Assembly: GCF_001194135.2 (NCBI RefSeq)
Contig: NC_069004.1
Coordinates: 8,331,942 to 8,395,941 of the forward strand
DNA length: 64,000 bases
Reading direction: 5' to 3'
Source of the DNA: Octopus bimaculoides
Lineage: Eukaryota
Part shown: positions 40,844-55,327 of the stretch, in pieces
Position numbering within the stretch: position 1 is the stretch's first letter
Layout: each line of letters begins with the position of its first letter
Translations under genes and position numbers: made by a program
Notes under the pieces: generated by a model
The model's input: the letters and a program-made list of their open reading frames with translations, nothing else
Databases searched by the model: none
Told to the model about the DNA's origin: nothing

Positions 40844-42465
40844 TCTTCTTTAATATTTCTTTTTACACAACCAATTATATTGATATTGTTTTCGCTATTT
40901 ATTACTGCACTGATGAAAATCCTTCTACTGCAATAGTTCCATCAATTGTTATCTCAGTTGGTATCAGAAAACAGTAGCAAATTCATTAAAAAATCTGTTC
41001 AAATTTAGATGGAATATAAAATCATTTCATGCACCTTGTAGGCAACGATTAGCAATGTCTCACTCCGAAGAACTAACTCTCAGTAAATTTATTGCAATGG
41101 AGTTGTAGTTCTTCTGTATAAAATCTTCCTTTTGTCAGTAAATGTCAATATATATTGATGCTATAGCTTTAATGCCAATGTCATCTGATATTCTGAAATG
41201 ACAGAGAAATAGTGTAAGATATTGAAGATGATTAAAAAGTAGAGATATAACAGAGAAATTTTACTACAATTCTACATTTACCTCAACAACTGAACTTTAC
41301 TTTTGAATGTGTTAACACATTTACTGAATACAGATATACCTTCAGGTTGTGAAACATTACCAATATTTCAATAAACAATAGTGATTATACATATATGAAC
41401 AAGTGATTTCAGTCATTGTATCTTTAGGCCTTCTCTGATATTCAGTTACATTGAGTATTTTGAGCCGAACTCTTTACTAAATCCACAGGAGTACATTGTT
41501 CCTAGTGTCCATATGAAGGATATTCGACTCATTTAGTATTCTGTTTGTGATGTCACTGCTTTATTTCACTTCAACCAGTGTATGTATGTATGTATGTATA
41601 TTAGTTTCCTACACATTTTTTTTTACACCTGTTGCACTATTTTTTTCTGATTTTCGTTTCAACGTCAAGTTGTAAACTTTAACCATTTTTTCCCCTTCAT
41701 ATTCGTTAACCACACATTATTTTACACCTAGTACACTATTATTTTTAAAAAAATTTGTGACGGAGATGGGTGGGGTACGAACTCGGATAAATCACACGAT
41801 CCAGTAACCCTACTTCGACACCCGGTCACAAAAATGAAATATATATAGTGTAATAGGTGTAAAATAATGTGTAGTAAACGAATATGAAGAAAAAGAAATT
41901 TCGTCGAAGAACGGAGAAGTGGTGAGAGGACTTCGGAACATTCCCGATGTGAATTTTCCGAGTCGTCACCGCCCCCTCCCGTTCGCCTGTGCGCATTTTT
42001 TTTTCATATTCGTCTACTACATGTTGTTTTAAACCTTTGCCCTTTTTTTTTTTTTAGCTCGGATCAAAGAATTAGAGTTTAACCGAATAATCTTGCATAT
42101 GAAAGGGCACCAAATATATGCGTATGCAAAATAGGAAAAATCGCATGACTTACTATATGCACTGAGGTTTATATGAAGTAGAGTGGAAGTTGATGTTCAT
42201 CAAATGAGTTGCGAGTAATTGGTGGTGACACAAAATATGACATGTTAAACAAATCAACGATTCCTGAAAGCCGTCAAATCCATGATTGCCGACCATTCAA
42301 AAAAAAAAACGAACGCAATGTTACTAAGCGGAAATTACTACTTGTATTATTACGCCTCCAGCTTTGAATGACTGGAGTCTGCCGAAGCACAACTAAACTA
42401 AGCCACAGCAACAAAAGAGATCTCTTCGTGTCTCGCTACAGATATGTTAATACACCATTCAATTA

Positions 42466-42729
42466 CCGTATTTTAACGTGTATATGGAAACCTTTTTTGG
42501 TGAAAGTAAAGAATACGTACAAAGAATACGGTGTTTAGGGTTTTTGTTACGCCGAAAATGGGTGGTGTACGTTTCTTTACCTCCGCCCCCTTTATTTGTC
42601 AAAAATTAGGTTCAGAAAATATGGGAGTTCCTTACACATAGATAGTATTATAATCCCTTACAAAACCATTTTTTTTCCAAATTTTAAACTCCCAAAATTA
42701 GGGGGTTCCTTATACACGTTAAAATACAG
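42466..42729. mobile_element. TA-flanked Tc1/pogo-type MITE
   Basis: TIR ccgtattttaacgtgtata / tatacacgttaaaatacag; absent from the homologous D segment near 29240-29270. Confidence 0.8.
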
Positions 42730-43019
42730 TAATTTCTATTCATGTTTTGTAAATTAATTATTTAAAGGATATTTCCAGCAATAGAGATCATTTCAATTTG
42801 GAAGTACTATCCTCTCTATGAAAGTCAAGACATGGAAATTCTTCTTTCACGAAGTTGTTATTTATTTCCAGTGCAAAATAATTAGTATTCTTAAAAGAAA
42901 TGTCTTTTACTCATGTTGCTGTTTTCACATTTATGTGATTACTGTGTCTGAAAGAAATATCTTTTCCCATTCTTATGTTTGCACTCAAATATAAATACCT
43001 TATCCGCGAAATGAAACGC

Positions 43020-43264
43020 AATTCTATTATTATATCATTGAAACGAACGTTTATCAACTTACCGTTTTCAAATATAAACACTTAACTAATATGTTATACG
43101 TTTTCACCAAAATAAATATTTAATTGTTAGAATGAGGTTTACCAACGTTTTATCGACCTCATTCTATATCGACAGTCAAGCTGTTTATTATTTCTTCTAC
43201 AATAACACCATAGCATATCACTATGAACGAGTGAAGCTGATTTCGACTCCAACCGCACTTTCGA
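43020..43264 (-). promoter_or_regulatory. Promoter/exon 1/donor module of gene G
   Basis: Donor 43058-43062; motif aaccgcactttcga 43251-43264. Confidence 0.72.
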
Positions 43265-43879
43265 TCTCAAATATTACACCCGCAAAGACTTCGGAAAATT
43301 CACAAGATCCAATTTTTTTCCCCTCGTAAATGGATATCTTTTAATAAAATTGTGTATATATATATATATTTATATATATATATATACCTTTCAAACGGCA
43401 TGCATTATGGATGCAGAATGTGCCGCAAACCCTTTATTTTTGTTCGGAAAAAAGGGTGGGGGTTCATATGTTTTTTTTGGCAAGACTTCCTTTTGTACCC
43501 GCACAAAAACACCCCTTTAAAATTTTTTTTTTTCTACACAAACCCACGTTTTCGGCTACGAAGAATACGAATCTGCAAAACAATTGGCAAAATCGGCATT
43601 TTGAAATTACCCCCACCTCCTACTTTCTTCATTTTTAACTTGTTTCAGAATTTTTTTTTTTTCACTAAGTACAGCAAAAGGAATTTCTTACTATACCTTT
43701 CTTACATAGTGAGCAGGGCCATTCACCTGAAGGGGTTTGAATTTTGTCCATTTTTTTGCTCTCTAGCACTTTGGTCTTTGTTAACCTTAAGGCCCTTTTA
43801 TTATAGGTTTTGTTTCCACATCAGGAATTTCTTTTCCAGTTGTTACAGATTCTGCTACCAGACTAACATCATCAGTATA

Positions 43880-44370
43880 CTATAGTTCAATTGGACAGCC
43901 AGTCTTAAATTCCATTCATCTATCCCTAGTTTCCTAAGATAACGCCACATTACAGAGCAAGGTACTCTGTTGAAGGCTTTCTCCAGATCAACAAATGCCA
44001 AGTACAATGGCTTATTATTAAATACTTCTCTTGCAGTAGTGTGTCTCCTTGGCACAAAGCCAAACTGCTATAACTCACAACTTTCATCACCTGGTTCAGC
44101 AATTTGATGCCTCTGTAATTACTTCTGTCTTATGTCTTGCAGCTGCTCTGATGATGCCTTCCTGAATAACCTGGTTAACTATACAGGTGACAAGATCATA
44201 TCCTGCTCTACCAGATACGTTTAAGCCTTTCAGCAGTGACTCCAGGGGCTTTCCTTGTGCTTATACCTTTAATTGCCTTATTTATCATACCGCTGTCAAC
44301 CTGGGCCCTCTGTTGTGTTCACATAAGGAGAAAATCCTTCAACTCTCCACATTTAATACCCTTTCATATA
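43880..44370 (-). mobile_element. RTE-clade LINE reverse transcriptase fragment
   Basis: KPLYLAFVDLEKAFNRVPCSVMWRYLRKLGIDEW matches the LINE RT FVDLEKAFDRV motif. Confidence 0.85.
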
Positions 44371-44638
44371 CCATATATACTCGACTATAAGTTGTACTAT
44401 TTTGCCTTGAAATTTTCACCTAAATTTGGGGGTGCGACTTATAAACACCCCCCAAAATCTTTGGATATTTTCTAGGTGCAAGCCATGTCTGAAGTGCTGA
44501 TACTTGGAATTACTGAAAAAACCTGAATCGCTAATTCCGAAGCTGATCTTTAGACATTTCTTTATATATTTCTTTACTTCTGTTAAAATGAGATAAACAA
44601 TTTTATAGACGAGGGCTTTTATAGTTGAGTATATATGG
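44371..44638. mobile_element. TA-flanked MITE
   Basis: TIR ccatatatactcgactataa / ttatagttgagtatatatgg; related ends at 29365-29415 and 33343-33395. Confidence 0.8.
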
Positions 44639-45576
44639 TACACACACACACATATATCTATATATGTGTCTTTGTGCCCCACCCTATTACTTGATGAGTT
44701 TATGTCCCTGTAACTTAGCTGTTCAGTAAGAGACCGATAAAATAAATCGCTGGCTTAAACAAAAAAAAAAAAAAACGTACAGGGGTCAATCTGTCTGACT
44801 AAAATTCTTCAAGCCCCAGCATGGCTGCAACCAGTTGAGATACCAACAGCCACACAGTTTCACTTAAACAGAGATAGACAGTGAATATCAACAGCCTCTC
44901 ACACACAAAACAAAACTTTCTACAGTTCCTGTTGAATAAATTCAAACATAATGCGTTGGTTTGGCCAGGGATATTGCAGAAAAAAAAACTTACCTGCAGT
45001 GCTGCATTCTAGGATGAAACCCAAAATATATAGTTGTAGAGCAAACATCTTAACCACATACCCAGGCTTGCATCTATGTTAGTTCAATTAGATATTCTAT
45101 ACTCAAAAACCCCTTTCAAAAATGTGATTACTTCTGAATTGATTGTCTCAAGCAGCATATTATGAACTTTCATTGAGACCCATTTACAACCTGTGCATAT
45201 TTCTTGAGAGATTGACTAGTAAGCCATTTGATGCAGTTTTGGTGATTGATTTCATCATTTAGTGAGAGTTAAGACTATTTTTTAATTTTCAATGCCAGCA
45301 TGTGACAACATTTTAATCCCTGGTATTGTTCTAATATTGAGATATTTAACAAGGCTATAAACACACTATGAGCTCTTGGTGAAACTTGATTAATCTTAGA
45401 GGGAATCATATTAAAAATGTGAATAGAAATTCTTTAATTTCTTGAGGTAGATGGCTTAAATACCAGGAGATGAGGCTGTACACTTCTCAGGTTAAGGCTT
45501 CTGTCAACAACTATGATTTTTAATTGTCATAAATTGCATTATTCCTAAATGTAGAATTTTTTATGAATCGTATTAT

Positions 45577-45710
45577 TAGGATGGGCACCCAGCTGTAGAA
45601 ACTCTGCCAGATCAGCTTGGAGTCTGGTGTAAACATCTGGTTCGCCGTCCCCCAGTCAAATCGTCCAATTCATGCTAGCATGGAAAGCGGATGTTAAATG
45701 ATGATGATCA
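45577..45710 (+). mobile_element. RTE-type 3' tail
   Basis: Reverse complement of the 2114-2263 family; ends atgatgat. Confidence 0.7.
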
Positions 45711-46821
45711 TATTGGAATAAAATGCATCATAAATTACATAAATTTTAATAAAAGCATTTCTCAATTTCAGTTTAGAAAATAGCTGGAATATTTTTCATC
45801 TTATTCTTTTCTCAACTGGTGCTAACCTGAGGCTGAATGTGCATTAAAGTTGGCTTGAAGTAAGCATGGTTTTAGTGAAGGTCCAAAATAGAGAATGAAT
45901 CAGACTGCTAATTTAGGGATAACTAAAATAAGTAATGTTAAACATAATTGGATTCAATAAAATGGTAAATAAAAATTAACAACAATTTGAACCTGTTAAA
46001 ACACAAATTATTTTAATAATAGTTAATCAATCAATAACCAATACAATATATGTAATGAATTTATAATTATTGTTACCACAACAAAATGGAAAGTTCCATT
46101 CTAAGTCCTGGATGAGTCAGGAAAAACATTTCATCTCTCTTTTCCATTTTTGGTGAATGATTTTAATGACTGCCTTCCTGACATATCATCGTCATCAATT
46201 TCACATTGTACTGGACATATTTTATTGTGGAACCAGAACTGAAGATGCTGTCATGTCACTGACAACATTAGAATGCTGATGTCTCTGTTCATTTACCAAC
46301 CACTTCACAAAATGTATCTTAATGTACAAAGTAAGTCTGGGATGCATCTCATAGACGAGGGTGTTTTATATAGCTTTTCTTTACAATGAATATGTCTGTG
46401 TTTAATTAAATCACTATTTTCAGAAAATGATTTGCTACAGACATGACATGTGTGAATTTTTTCTTGTAACAATGCATTTGTGAGTAGTTAAAGCACTTCT
46501 TACAGAGAATGATTTATCACAGATATTACAGTGATCTGGTTTTTCTCCTGCCCAAATGCAATAGTGCTTTCTTATATCAGTAATTTGTAAGAAAGATTTA
46601 CCACAAATATCATGCTGACAGAGTATCTCACCTGTACAAATACATCTATAAATACTTAAATGACTGGTTTGAGAGGATGATTTATAACACGTGACAGTGG
46701 TACAGCTACTGTCCTGTATATATAATTGTATTTCTGTCTACTCAATATGAACTTTTACAGAGAATGATTTCCCATAGATGTTACANNNNNNNNNNTTAGC
46801 ACAAGCATCACAGTGATATAG

Positions 46822-47784
46822 TTATTTACCTGTGTGAACACGTTTGTGAACAGTTAATGTACTTCCATTACTGAATGATTTACCACAGATTGTACAAGGA
46901 TATGGTCTCTCTCCTGTATGAACACGTTTGTGAACAGTTAATGTACTTCTGTTACTGAATGATTTATCACAAATTTTACAGGGATATGGTCTCTCCCCAG
47001 TATGAATACGTAGGTGAGAATTTAAGTGTACTTTTTGAAAGAATGATTTTCCACAGATATCACAGTGATAAGACTTCTCTCCCGTATGAAGGTATTTGTG
47101 TTTAGCTAAATTACCTCTTTCAGAGAATGATTCACCACAAATATTACACTGAAAAGGTTTCTCACCTGTATGAATACGAATGTGACTTGTTAGGCCATTC
47201 GTCTGAGAGAATGATTTACCACAGATATCACAGCGATATGGTTTTTCACCTGTATGAGTACGTTTGTGACCATTTAAGTGACTTTTTAAAATGAATGATT
47301 GACCACAGATATTACATCTATATGGTCTTTCACCTATGTGGAAATTTTTGTGAGTAATCAAGTGATGTATTCGAGAGAAAGATTTACCACAGATATCACA
47401 CGCATGTGGCTTTTCTCCAGTATGGACATGTTCATGAACAACTAAGGAATGCTTACGCAAGAATGATTTACCACAGATATTACAGTGATATGGCTTTTCA
47501 CCCGTATGAATATCTATGTGTTTGATTAAGCTATTTTTTACAGAGAATGATTTAGCACAGATATCACATTCATATGGTTTTTCTTCAGTATGAATGCGTT
47601 TGTGAGTGGTTAATAAATGCATTTGAGAGAATGATTTACCACAGGTATCACAATAATGTGGTCTCTTTCTGTGAATCATTTTATGGTGAGTAAGATTACC
47701 CTTCAGAGAAAATGTCTTTTGACAGATATCACACGAGTATGGTGACTTTCCCTCCTTCTTTGGCAATTTTTCAGAAAAATCCAT
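46822..47784 (-). CDS. C2H2 zinc-finger protein, gene H (320 aa, 11 fingers)
   Basis: ATG of [10 protein letters not shown] at 47784 (the ORF-track start at 47817 is GTG); ends HTGK-TAA; acceptor 48127, donor 49706. Confidence 0.92.
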   Translation of the reverse strand: MDFSEKLPKKEGKSPYSCDICQKTFSLKGNLTHHKMIHRKRPHYCDTCGKSFSQMHLLTTHKRIHTEEKPYECDICAKSFSVKNSLIKHIDIHTGEKPYHCNICGKSFLRKHSLVVHEHVHTGEKPHACDICGKSFSRIHHLITHKNFHIGERPYRCNICGQSFILKSHLNGHKRTHTGEKPYRCDICGKSFSQTNGLTSHIRIHTGEKPFQCNICGESFSERGNLAKHKYLHTGEKSYHCDICGKSFFQKVHLNSHLRIHTGERPYPCKICDKSFSNRSTLTVHKRVHTGERPYPCTICGKSFSNGSTLTVHKRVHTGK

Positions 47785-48451
47785 TCTTTTTTTTTTGGGG
47801 GGGGGGGTGTCACACAACAGTTATATTGATGTTTTCTTTTTTACTGCACTGATGAAAACTGTTCTACTGCAGTTTCTCTATCAACTGTTATTTTTGTTGT
47901 TATCAGAAAGAGGTAGTAAACGTCTTTGTAAATCAGTCCAAATTTAATTAGAATACAAGATCTTCTCATAAACCTTCCAGACAATCAGGAGAAATGTTTC
48001 ACTTGGAAGAATTAACTCTCAGCAACTGTCATTAACTCAATGAGACACCCACAGAGTTGTAGCTCTTCTGTATATCACCTTCCTTTTCGCTGTAAGTGAC
48101 AATAAATGACAATGTGATCCGATGTTCTGAAATGATTGAGAAATAGTTTAAGATAACAATGATATTTAAAAAAATGGAGATTCAATAGTGAAATTTTACA
48201 TTAATTTTGATATATTGATAAACTATAAATATAATCTTTTACTGCAAAAACTAAACTTATATCCATAAATTGTTATTTACATTACATTATGCAATGACAG
48301 TGGTATAAAGTTCACACATTTGCAGACTACATCTACACCTACATATATTACAATAAATGAGTTTGATTATTAAGGAAATATTTTGCCAAAAATTAAAAAT
48401 TCATAAAAACGTTCGTTTCGAGGTTACTCCCAAAAAGAAAAGCCCTTTTTT

Positions 48452-49203
48452 GGTATTCTTTCGTTATGCGTTAAAAATACGTCAAACAAAAACAGCTGTT
48501 TTACATACAGCGTTCGGTAATTTTCGTAAATTTTTTTTTTTTTTTTGTAGGTGGAAATGTACATTTCCTCTGATCTTATGATAAAGTGAAACAGAAAGAA
48601 ACCTGACAGCGATGTGTGTATATGTCGACGAGGAGTGCGAGATAGGAAGTAACATTTTTTTATTTATTTTTCCTCGCATCTTTTTGTTTGAGTGTGTGAG
48701 TGATTGACTGAGTGTGTGTGAGAAAGAGAGCGAGAGAGCGTAAATTTTATCTACTTTTTCTCACATCTCTGTAGTGAGTGTGTTTGACTCTGAGAGAGAG
48801 AGATGTGTGTTGCTGTGTGTGTACACACTCATTAAAAAAAAAGATGCAAGAAAAAGTAAATAAAATTTACACTCTTTCCGACAACACAGACCTTTCTCAC
48901 TCTCAGCCGATTACTAACACACTCAGAAAAGATCCGAGGTAAAATAAATAAAATAATGTACGCTGTTACTCTCTCCCTCTCTCTCACACACGAACAACAA
49001 CACATCTCTCTCTTTCTTTTTCTCTCTCTCACATACGCACATAACACAATTTGTCTCGCACCCCCACCCCCATCGACATATATACGTTTGTCAAATTTCT
49101 GTTTCACTTTATCGTGAGATCAAAGAAAATCTACATTCCCCACCCACGATTTTTTTTAACGGAAGTTACCGAACGCTGTTTTAACACATAACGAAAGAAT
49201 ACC
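48452..49203. mobile_element. Foldback element in gene H intron
   Basis: ggtattctttcgttatg...cataacgaaagaatacc; arms 48452-48598 / 49097-49203; same terminus as the D/E foldback. Confidence 0.75.
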
Positions 49204-49650
49204 CACCTTTTTTTTACGATTAATCATTGTAAATAATCACTTTTTAAAGTTAGTACAGATCAAATAAAACTTTCATAGAAGCGCAAAATTACAGCTCAAC
49301 ATTCTCAATTTTTATTCTAATATGAAAAAAAAAAAAATCATGCAAGATTCATAATGTCCGCGTTTTAAAACCTTCATTAAAATTTTTCTTTTTCCGAAAG
49401 TTCAAATTACAATTTATGTATTTATCATTTTCTTTTTTTTTTTGCTTCATCGCAGGAGATAGAGTTTGTAAAACACAAAGTGGCAAAAATTCTTCTGAAA
49501 CTACCGAAAACTAAACATCTTAAGGCAAGTTACAAAGTGTGCTTCGATCCAGAATCCGTAAGAGGCCGACGGGTCTAAATGGCATTCTTTGCTCAGAACT
49601 CCGTCGTTCACTTGAGTACAATTACCATAATCAGCCAAGAGAAAAACACG

Positions 49651-49853
49651 ATTCTATTATTTAAATACATTATTACGGTATTAAAAAAAGATGTTTATCA
49701 ACTTACCGTTTTCAGATGCAAACAATGTTGTATGTTTTTACCAAAGTAAATATCTGACGGTTAGAAAGAGATCCATCAATGTTATTCCAGTCACTCGTGA
49801 GATCTCCAAGAACAATTGAAACTGAGTTCTTTAGTCTCTAGCCGTACTTTCGA
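49651..49853 (-). promoter_or_regulatory. Promoter/exon 1/donor module of gene H
   Basis: Donor 49702-49706; motif agccgtactttcga 49840-49853. Confidence 0.7.
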
Positions 49854-50537
49854 ACCCAAATATTACAACCGCAATGCTAGCTTTCACTTGCAGATGTCAG
49901 CACAAAATGCGGTGCTGAAAGTTTCTAGTAGAGGTTTAATTTTTCTTAAAAGTAAAATATTGAAACCAGATATAATACATACGTTTTAAAAACATTTTCA
50001 AAAAAAAAAAAAAATCGCTTTAATATTTAGAATATTAACAAGATGTATATTGATGTTGAATTTATGTTTTTTCTCTCTCTTTCCTCGGTTTTGGACTTCT
50101 ATTTCAATGTGGTTTTGTATTATGTATGTGTTACGTATGTAAATATGAAATTATCTAAATTTTCAATTAAAAAAATGTTCCATGAAAAAGAAAAAGAACG
50201 TTTTGCCTGCACCTTGTTTTTCCATAAAAGTTGGATAACCTCTGTTTTTACCTCCCATAATTCTATTAACTGGAATTTTTTTTATGAAACTTTGATTTCT
50301 AGCATAAAACAGCCTTAGAAACACGCCGGAATGATCAAAATAATGTTTCAAAACATTTTAAATAGAAATAAGCAAGATATTGGGTGAAAAATTAGCAAAC
50401 CTCATTTGAATATCAGAGAAATATACCTAGTAGATATAGCAAAAAGGTTAGATATGTGTAAATATTGACAGATAATTATGAAATTTGTAATTTTTAAGTG
50501 ATCTCATATAAGATCACTGGTAGGTAATGGGTTAAAG

Positions 50538-51230
50538 TGCAGGGTGGTCCGAAAGTCTTGTCAGCCCCTACCGAAAAGTAATAACACTAGAGGAACAATA
50601 TAATAATATCAAACACATGTACAGGTTTTAGTATATTCACTTTCATTGACAGACACACATTGGGAAGGACTGTGTGATCATCGTTATTTTTCGTGGCACA
50701 AAATAATGTGACTCTATGTCCTGTGTGATATTTTACGAAGCTGTGCTTTAGTGATTGTTGCAAAGGCTGCCACACTATTATGAAGAAGTGGAGTACAACC
50801 CCCCGTGTGTGATGATTTGGGTTGCTATATCGAGTAAGCACTTGATAGGACCCTATTTATTCGAGGGCTCTGTTAACCAGCACTCTTACCATGCCATGTT
50901 AAGGGAGTGGTTTGTTTCACAGCTCCAATGGTTGAATGTGGATTTCAACAAGATGGTTCCCCACCCCACTATGCCATCAATGCCAGGAAATACCTGAATG
51001 AAGTTTTTCAGGATAGATGGATGGGTGAGGATCACAACTTTCAGCACCTCTCGATTGGCATCCCAGAAGTCCAGACCTCACGTCTTGCGACAACACTGTG
51101 GAGTATTACCAAGAAGAGAGTTTCACAAGAGCAATACCAGAATACCCATCAGTTGAAGGACGCTGTTTCGGCAGCCTATGCAACTATCACCAAAGCACGA
51201 CTCTCAATCCTCGTTGTTTCACTCAAGCAG
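50538..51230 (+). mobile_element. Decayed Tc1/mariner transposase
   Basis: Frameshifted pieces VMIWVAIS...IGPYLFEG, FQQDGSPPHY, W.PRSPDL; begins cagggtggtcc. Confidence 0.8.
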
Positions 51231-52404
51231 TGACAAAATATTGAATATCAACACACACACACAAATAGGTTTTCTAGTTTTCTGTCAACCAAATTCAAGC
51301 ACAAGGCATTAGTTTGCCCCAGGGATGTCACAGAAAAAAAATGTACCCAGGGTGCTACATTGTAGGATGGAATAAAAATGTATGGCTGGAAAGCAAACTT
51401 CTTAATCACATATCCAGGTCTGAATCTATGTCACTTGAATTAGATATTCTATATTCAAATAGCCCTTTGAAAACTAATTCCTTTGCAACTGATTGACTCC
51501 AGCAGAATATATTGAACTTTCATTGAGACCCACCTACATCCTGTGCAAATCTATTGAGAGATTGACAAGTAATTCACTGAATGCAACCTTGGTGACTGAT
51601 TTCATCATTTAGTAAGAATTAAGTCTATTTTTTTAATTTTCAATGTCATCATATGACAAAACTTTGATCCCTGATATTGTTAACAGACTTATGAGAAGCT
51701 GGTGGGATTTGATTAATCTTAGAGGGAATCATATTCTTTAATTTCTTGAGGTACATGGCTTAAATACCAAGAGGTTTGGCTGCACATTTCTCAGTTTAAG
51801 ACTTCTGTCAACAACTACAATACTTAGTCATCCTAAATTGCATTATTCTGAAATTCTTCTTGGCATCATATTATACTGGGATCATATGCATCATAAGTTA
51901 TGTTAATTTTTATAAAAACTTTTCTAAATTTCAGTTTGGAACTAATTGGAATACATTTTATTTTACTCTTTTTGCAATTTGAACTGACCTGAGGTTGAAA
52001 GTGTTAACTCTAAGTTAGAGTAAGCACAGTTTTAGTGAATGTGAAAAACAGAGAACGAATTAGATTGCAAAGTTAAGGATGACTAAAATAAGTAATGTTA
52101 AGCATCATTAAATTCAATAAAATGGAAAACGAAAGTGAACAACAATTCAATCCTGTTAAAACACAAGTCATTTTATTAACGGCTAATCAATGAATAACCA
52201 ATGCAATATATTTAATAAATTATTGCTACCATAACAAAAAGGAAAGCTTCATTCAAAGTCCTCAATGAGTCAGGAAAAACATTTCACTTCTGTTTTCCAT
52301 TTTTGGTGGATGGTTTTAATGACTGCCCACATTGTACTGGACATATTTTATTGTGGAACCAGAACTGAAGACAGTGTCATATCTCTGACAACATTTGAGT
52401 GCTA

Positions 52405-52512
<108 letters not shown>

Positions 52513-52838
52513 TCAAATGCAATAGTGCTTTCTTATATCAGTAATTTGTAAGAAAGATTTACCACAAATATCATGCTGACAGAGTATCTCACCTGTACAA
52601 ATACATCTATAAATACTTAAATGACTGGTTTGAGAGGATGATTTATAACACGTGACAGTGGTACAGCTACTGTCCTGTATATATAATTGTATTTCTGTCT
52701 ACTCAATATGAACTTTTACAGAGAATGATTTCCCATAGATGTTACGATGATACGGCTTTTATCATTTTGAATACATTTGTGTGTATTTAAAACATGACCA
52801 TAAGAGAATGATTTAGCACAAGCATCACAGTGATACAT

Positions 52839-53720
52839 TTATTTACCTGTATGAACACGTTTATGGTGAACAGTTAAAGAACTTCCATTACTGAATGATT
52901 TACCACAGATATCACAGTGATATGGTTTCTCTCCTGTATGAATACGTAGGTGAGAATTTAAGTGTACTTTTTGAAAGAATGATTTTCCACAGATATCACA
53001 GTGATAAGACTTCTCTCCCGTATGAAGGTATTTGTGTTTAGCTAAATTACCCCTCTCAGAGAATGATTCACCACAAATATTACACTGAAAAGGTTTCTCA
53101 CCTGTATGAATACGAATGTGGCAAGTTAGGCTATCACTTCGAGTGAATGACTTACCACAGATATCACAGCGATATGGTTTTTCACCTGTATGAGTACGTT
53201 TGTGACCTTCTAAGTGACTTTTTAAAGTGAATGATTGACCACAGATATTACATCTATATGGTCTTTCCCCTATGTGGAAGTTTTTGTGAGTAATCAAGTG
53301 ATGTACTCGAGAGAAAGATTTACCACAGATATCACATACGTGTGGCTTTTCTCCAGTATGGACCTGTTTGTGAATAACTAAGGAATGTTTACGCAAGAAT
53401 GATTTGCTACAGATATCACAGTGATATGGCTTTTCACCTGTATGAATATCAATGTGTTTGGCTAAGCTATTTCTTTCAGAGAATGATTTAGCACAGATAT
53501 CACATTCATATGATTTTTCTTCAGTATGAATGCGTTTGTGAGTAGTTAAGGTATGCATTTGAGAGAATGATTTACCACAGGTATCACAATAATGTGGTCT
53601 CTTTCTGTGAATCATTTTATGATGAGTAAGTTTACCCTTCAGAGAAAATGTCTTTTGACAGATATCACACAAGTATGGTGACTTTTCCTTCTTCTTTGGC
53701 AATTTTTCAGAAAAATCCAT
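52839..53720 (-). CDS. C2H2 zinc-finger protein, gene I (293 aa, 10 fingers)
   Basis: ATG of MDFSEK at 53720; close paralogue of H with the same HTGK-TAA stop; acceptor 54008, donor 56364. Confidence 0.92.
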   Translation of the reverse strand: MDFSEKLPKKKEKSPYLCDICQKTFSLKGKLTHHKMIHRKRPHYCDTCGKSFSQMHTLTTHKRIHTEEKSYECDICAKSFSERNSLAKHIDIHTGEKPYHCDICSKSFLRKHSLVIHKQVHTGEKPHVCDICGKSFSRVHHLITHKNFHIGERPYRCNICGQSFTLKSHLEGHKRTHTGEKPYRCDICGKSFTRSDSLTCHIRIHTGEKPFQCNICGESFSERGNLAKHKYLHTGEKSYHCDICGKSFFQKVHLNSHLRIHTGEKPYHCDICGKSFSNGSSLTVHHKRVHTGK

Positions 53721-54211
53721 TCTTTTTTTTATTTTCACACAACAGTTATGATATTTTCCCCTCTACTGCAATAACTCCATCAACTGTTATCAGAAAGAGG
53801 TAGTAAATGTCTTTGTAAATCAGTCCAAATTTAATTAGAATACAAAATCTTCTCATAAACCTTCCAGACAATCAGGAGAAATGATTCACTTGGAAGAATT
53901 AACTCTCAGTAACTGTCTCAATGAGACACTCACAGATTTGTAGCACTTCTGTATATCATCTTCCTTTTCTCTTTAAGTGACAATAAATGACAATGTCATC
54001 TGATGTTCTGAAATGAATGAGAAATAGTTTAAGATAACAATGATATTTAAAAAAATGGAGATTCAACAGTGAAATTTTACATTAATTCTATTATGATAAA
54101 CTATAGATATCTTTTACTACAAAAAACTAAACATTACATTATGCAATGACAGCGGTACAAAGTTCACACATTTACAGACTACACATACACCTTCAGATTG
54201 TGTACTACATA

Positions 54212-55327
54212 TCTATATATATAAAAATGAGAATGTGTGTCTGTCTGTCTGTCTGTCTGTGTGAATCCCTAAAACTCGAGAACTATGCAACCAATTTCAT
54301 TCAAATTTTACACATGCCTTACTTAGGGTTCCAGTTGTGTTTTAGTCAAAAATTTTTTTAACTTCTTGCAGAGTTCGAGCCCACGGCAACATAATATCTC
54401 CTCCACTATTTAAGTATTACGTGTCAAAAGTGAAACAAAAACACTCATGTCAAATACTTTCACTTTAAAAATTAAACTATTCTAACTGAAACAATCACAT
54501 TTCGATACTGTAATGACAGATACTTTCAGAGAGAGAGAGAGATGTATATGTANNNNNNNNNNNNNNNNNNNNNNNNNNNNNNNNNNNNNNNNNNNNNNNN
54601 NNNNNNNNNNNNNNNNNNNNNNNNNNNNNNNNNNNNNNNNNNNNNNNNNNNNNNNNNNNNNNNNNNNNNNNNNNNNNNNNNNNNNNNNNNNNNNNNNNNN
54701 NNNNNNNNNNNNNNNNNNNNNNNNNNNNNNNNNNNNNNNNNNNNNNNNNNNNNNNNNNNNNNNNNNNNNNNNNNNNNNNNNNNNNNNNNNNNNNNNNNNN
54801 NNNNNNNNNNNNNNNNNNNNNNNNNNNNNNNNNNNNNNNNNNNNNNNNNNNNNNNNNNNNNNNNNNNNNNNNNNNNNNNNNNNNNNNNNNNNNNNNNNNN
54901 NNNNNNNNNNNNNNNNNNNNNNNNNNNNNNNNNNNNNNNNNNNNNNNNNNNNNNNNNNNNNNNNNNNNNNNNNNNNNNNNNNNNNNNNNNNNNNNNAATT
55001 GTCAAGTAAATGAGATACATCTTTGCCTCCACTGATTCACTTGCAAAGCGTTGAGTAAAATTATTTCGTTGCAGACCTCCTTTTGGTCTTTTTATTATCA
55101 CTACGACACACATAGTCCCCAGTTGGTAACATTGATTTCAAGGCCCTCCTAGATGAGAGACTGGCATTCCACTTAATGTCTATGTTCCATGCTGGCATGG
55201 ATTGGAGAGTTATTAATGTAGAAATATGGTATCGTAGCTACTAACAGTTGAGGGTTGCATAGTCTAGACGGCGTTTTTAGATTTCATTATTCTCTTTAAC
55301 CCGGGCAAAGCCGGGTATTTCTGCTAG
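54212..55327 (+). mobile_element. Non-autonomous Helitron in gene I intron
   Basis: 5' TC, 3' hairpin acccgg-gcaaag-ccgggt (55299-55316) then CTAG; inserted between A and T; empty site tacata|tattacaataaat in gene H near 48340. Confidence 0.88.
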
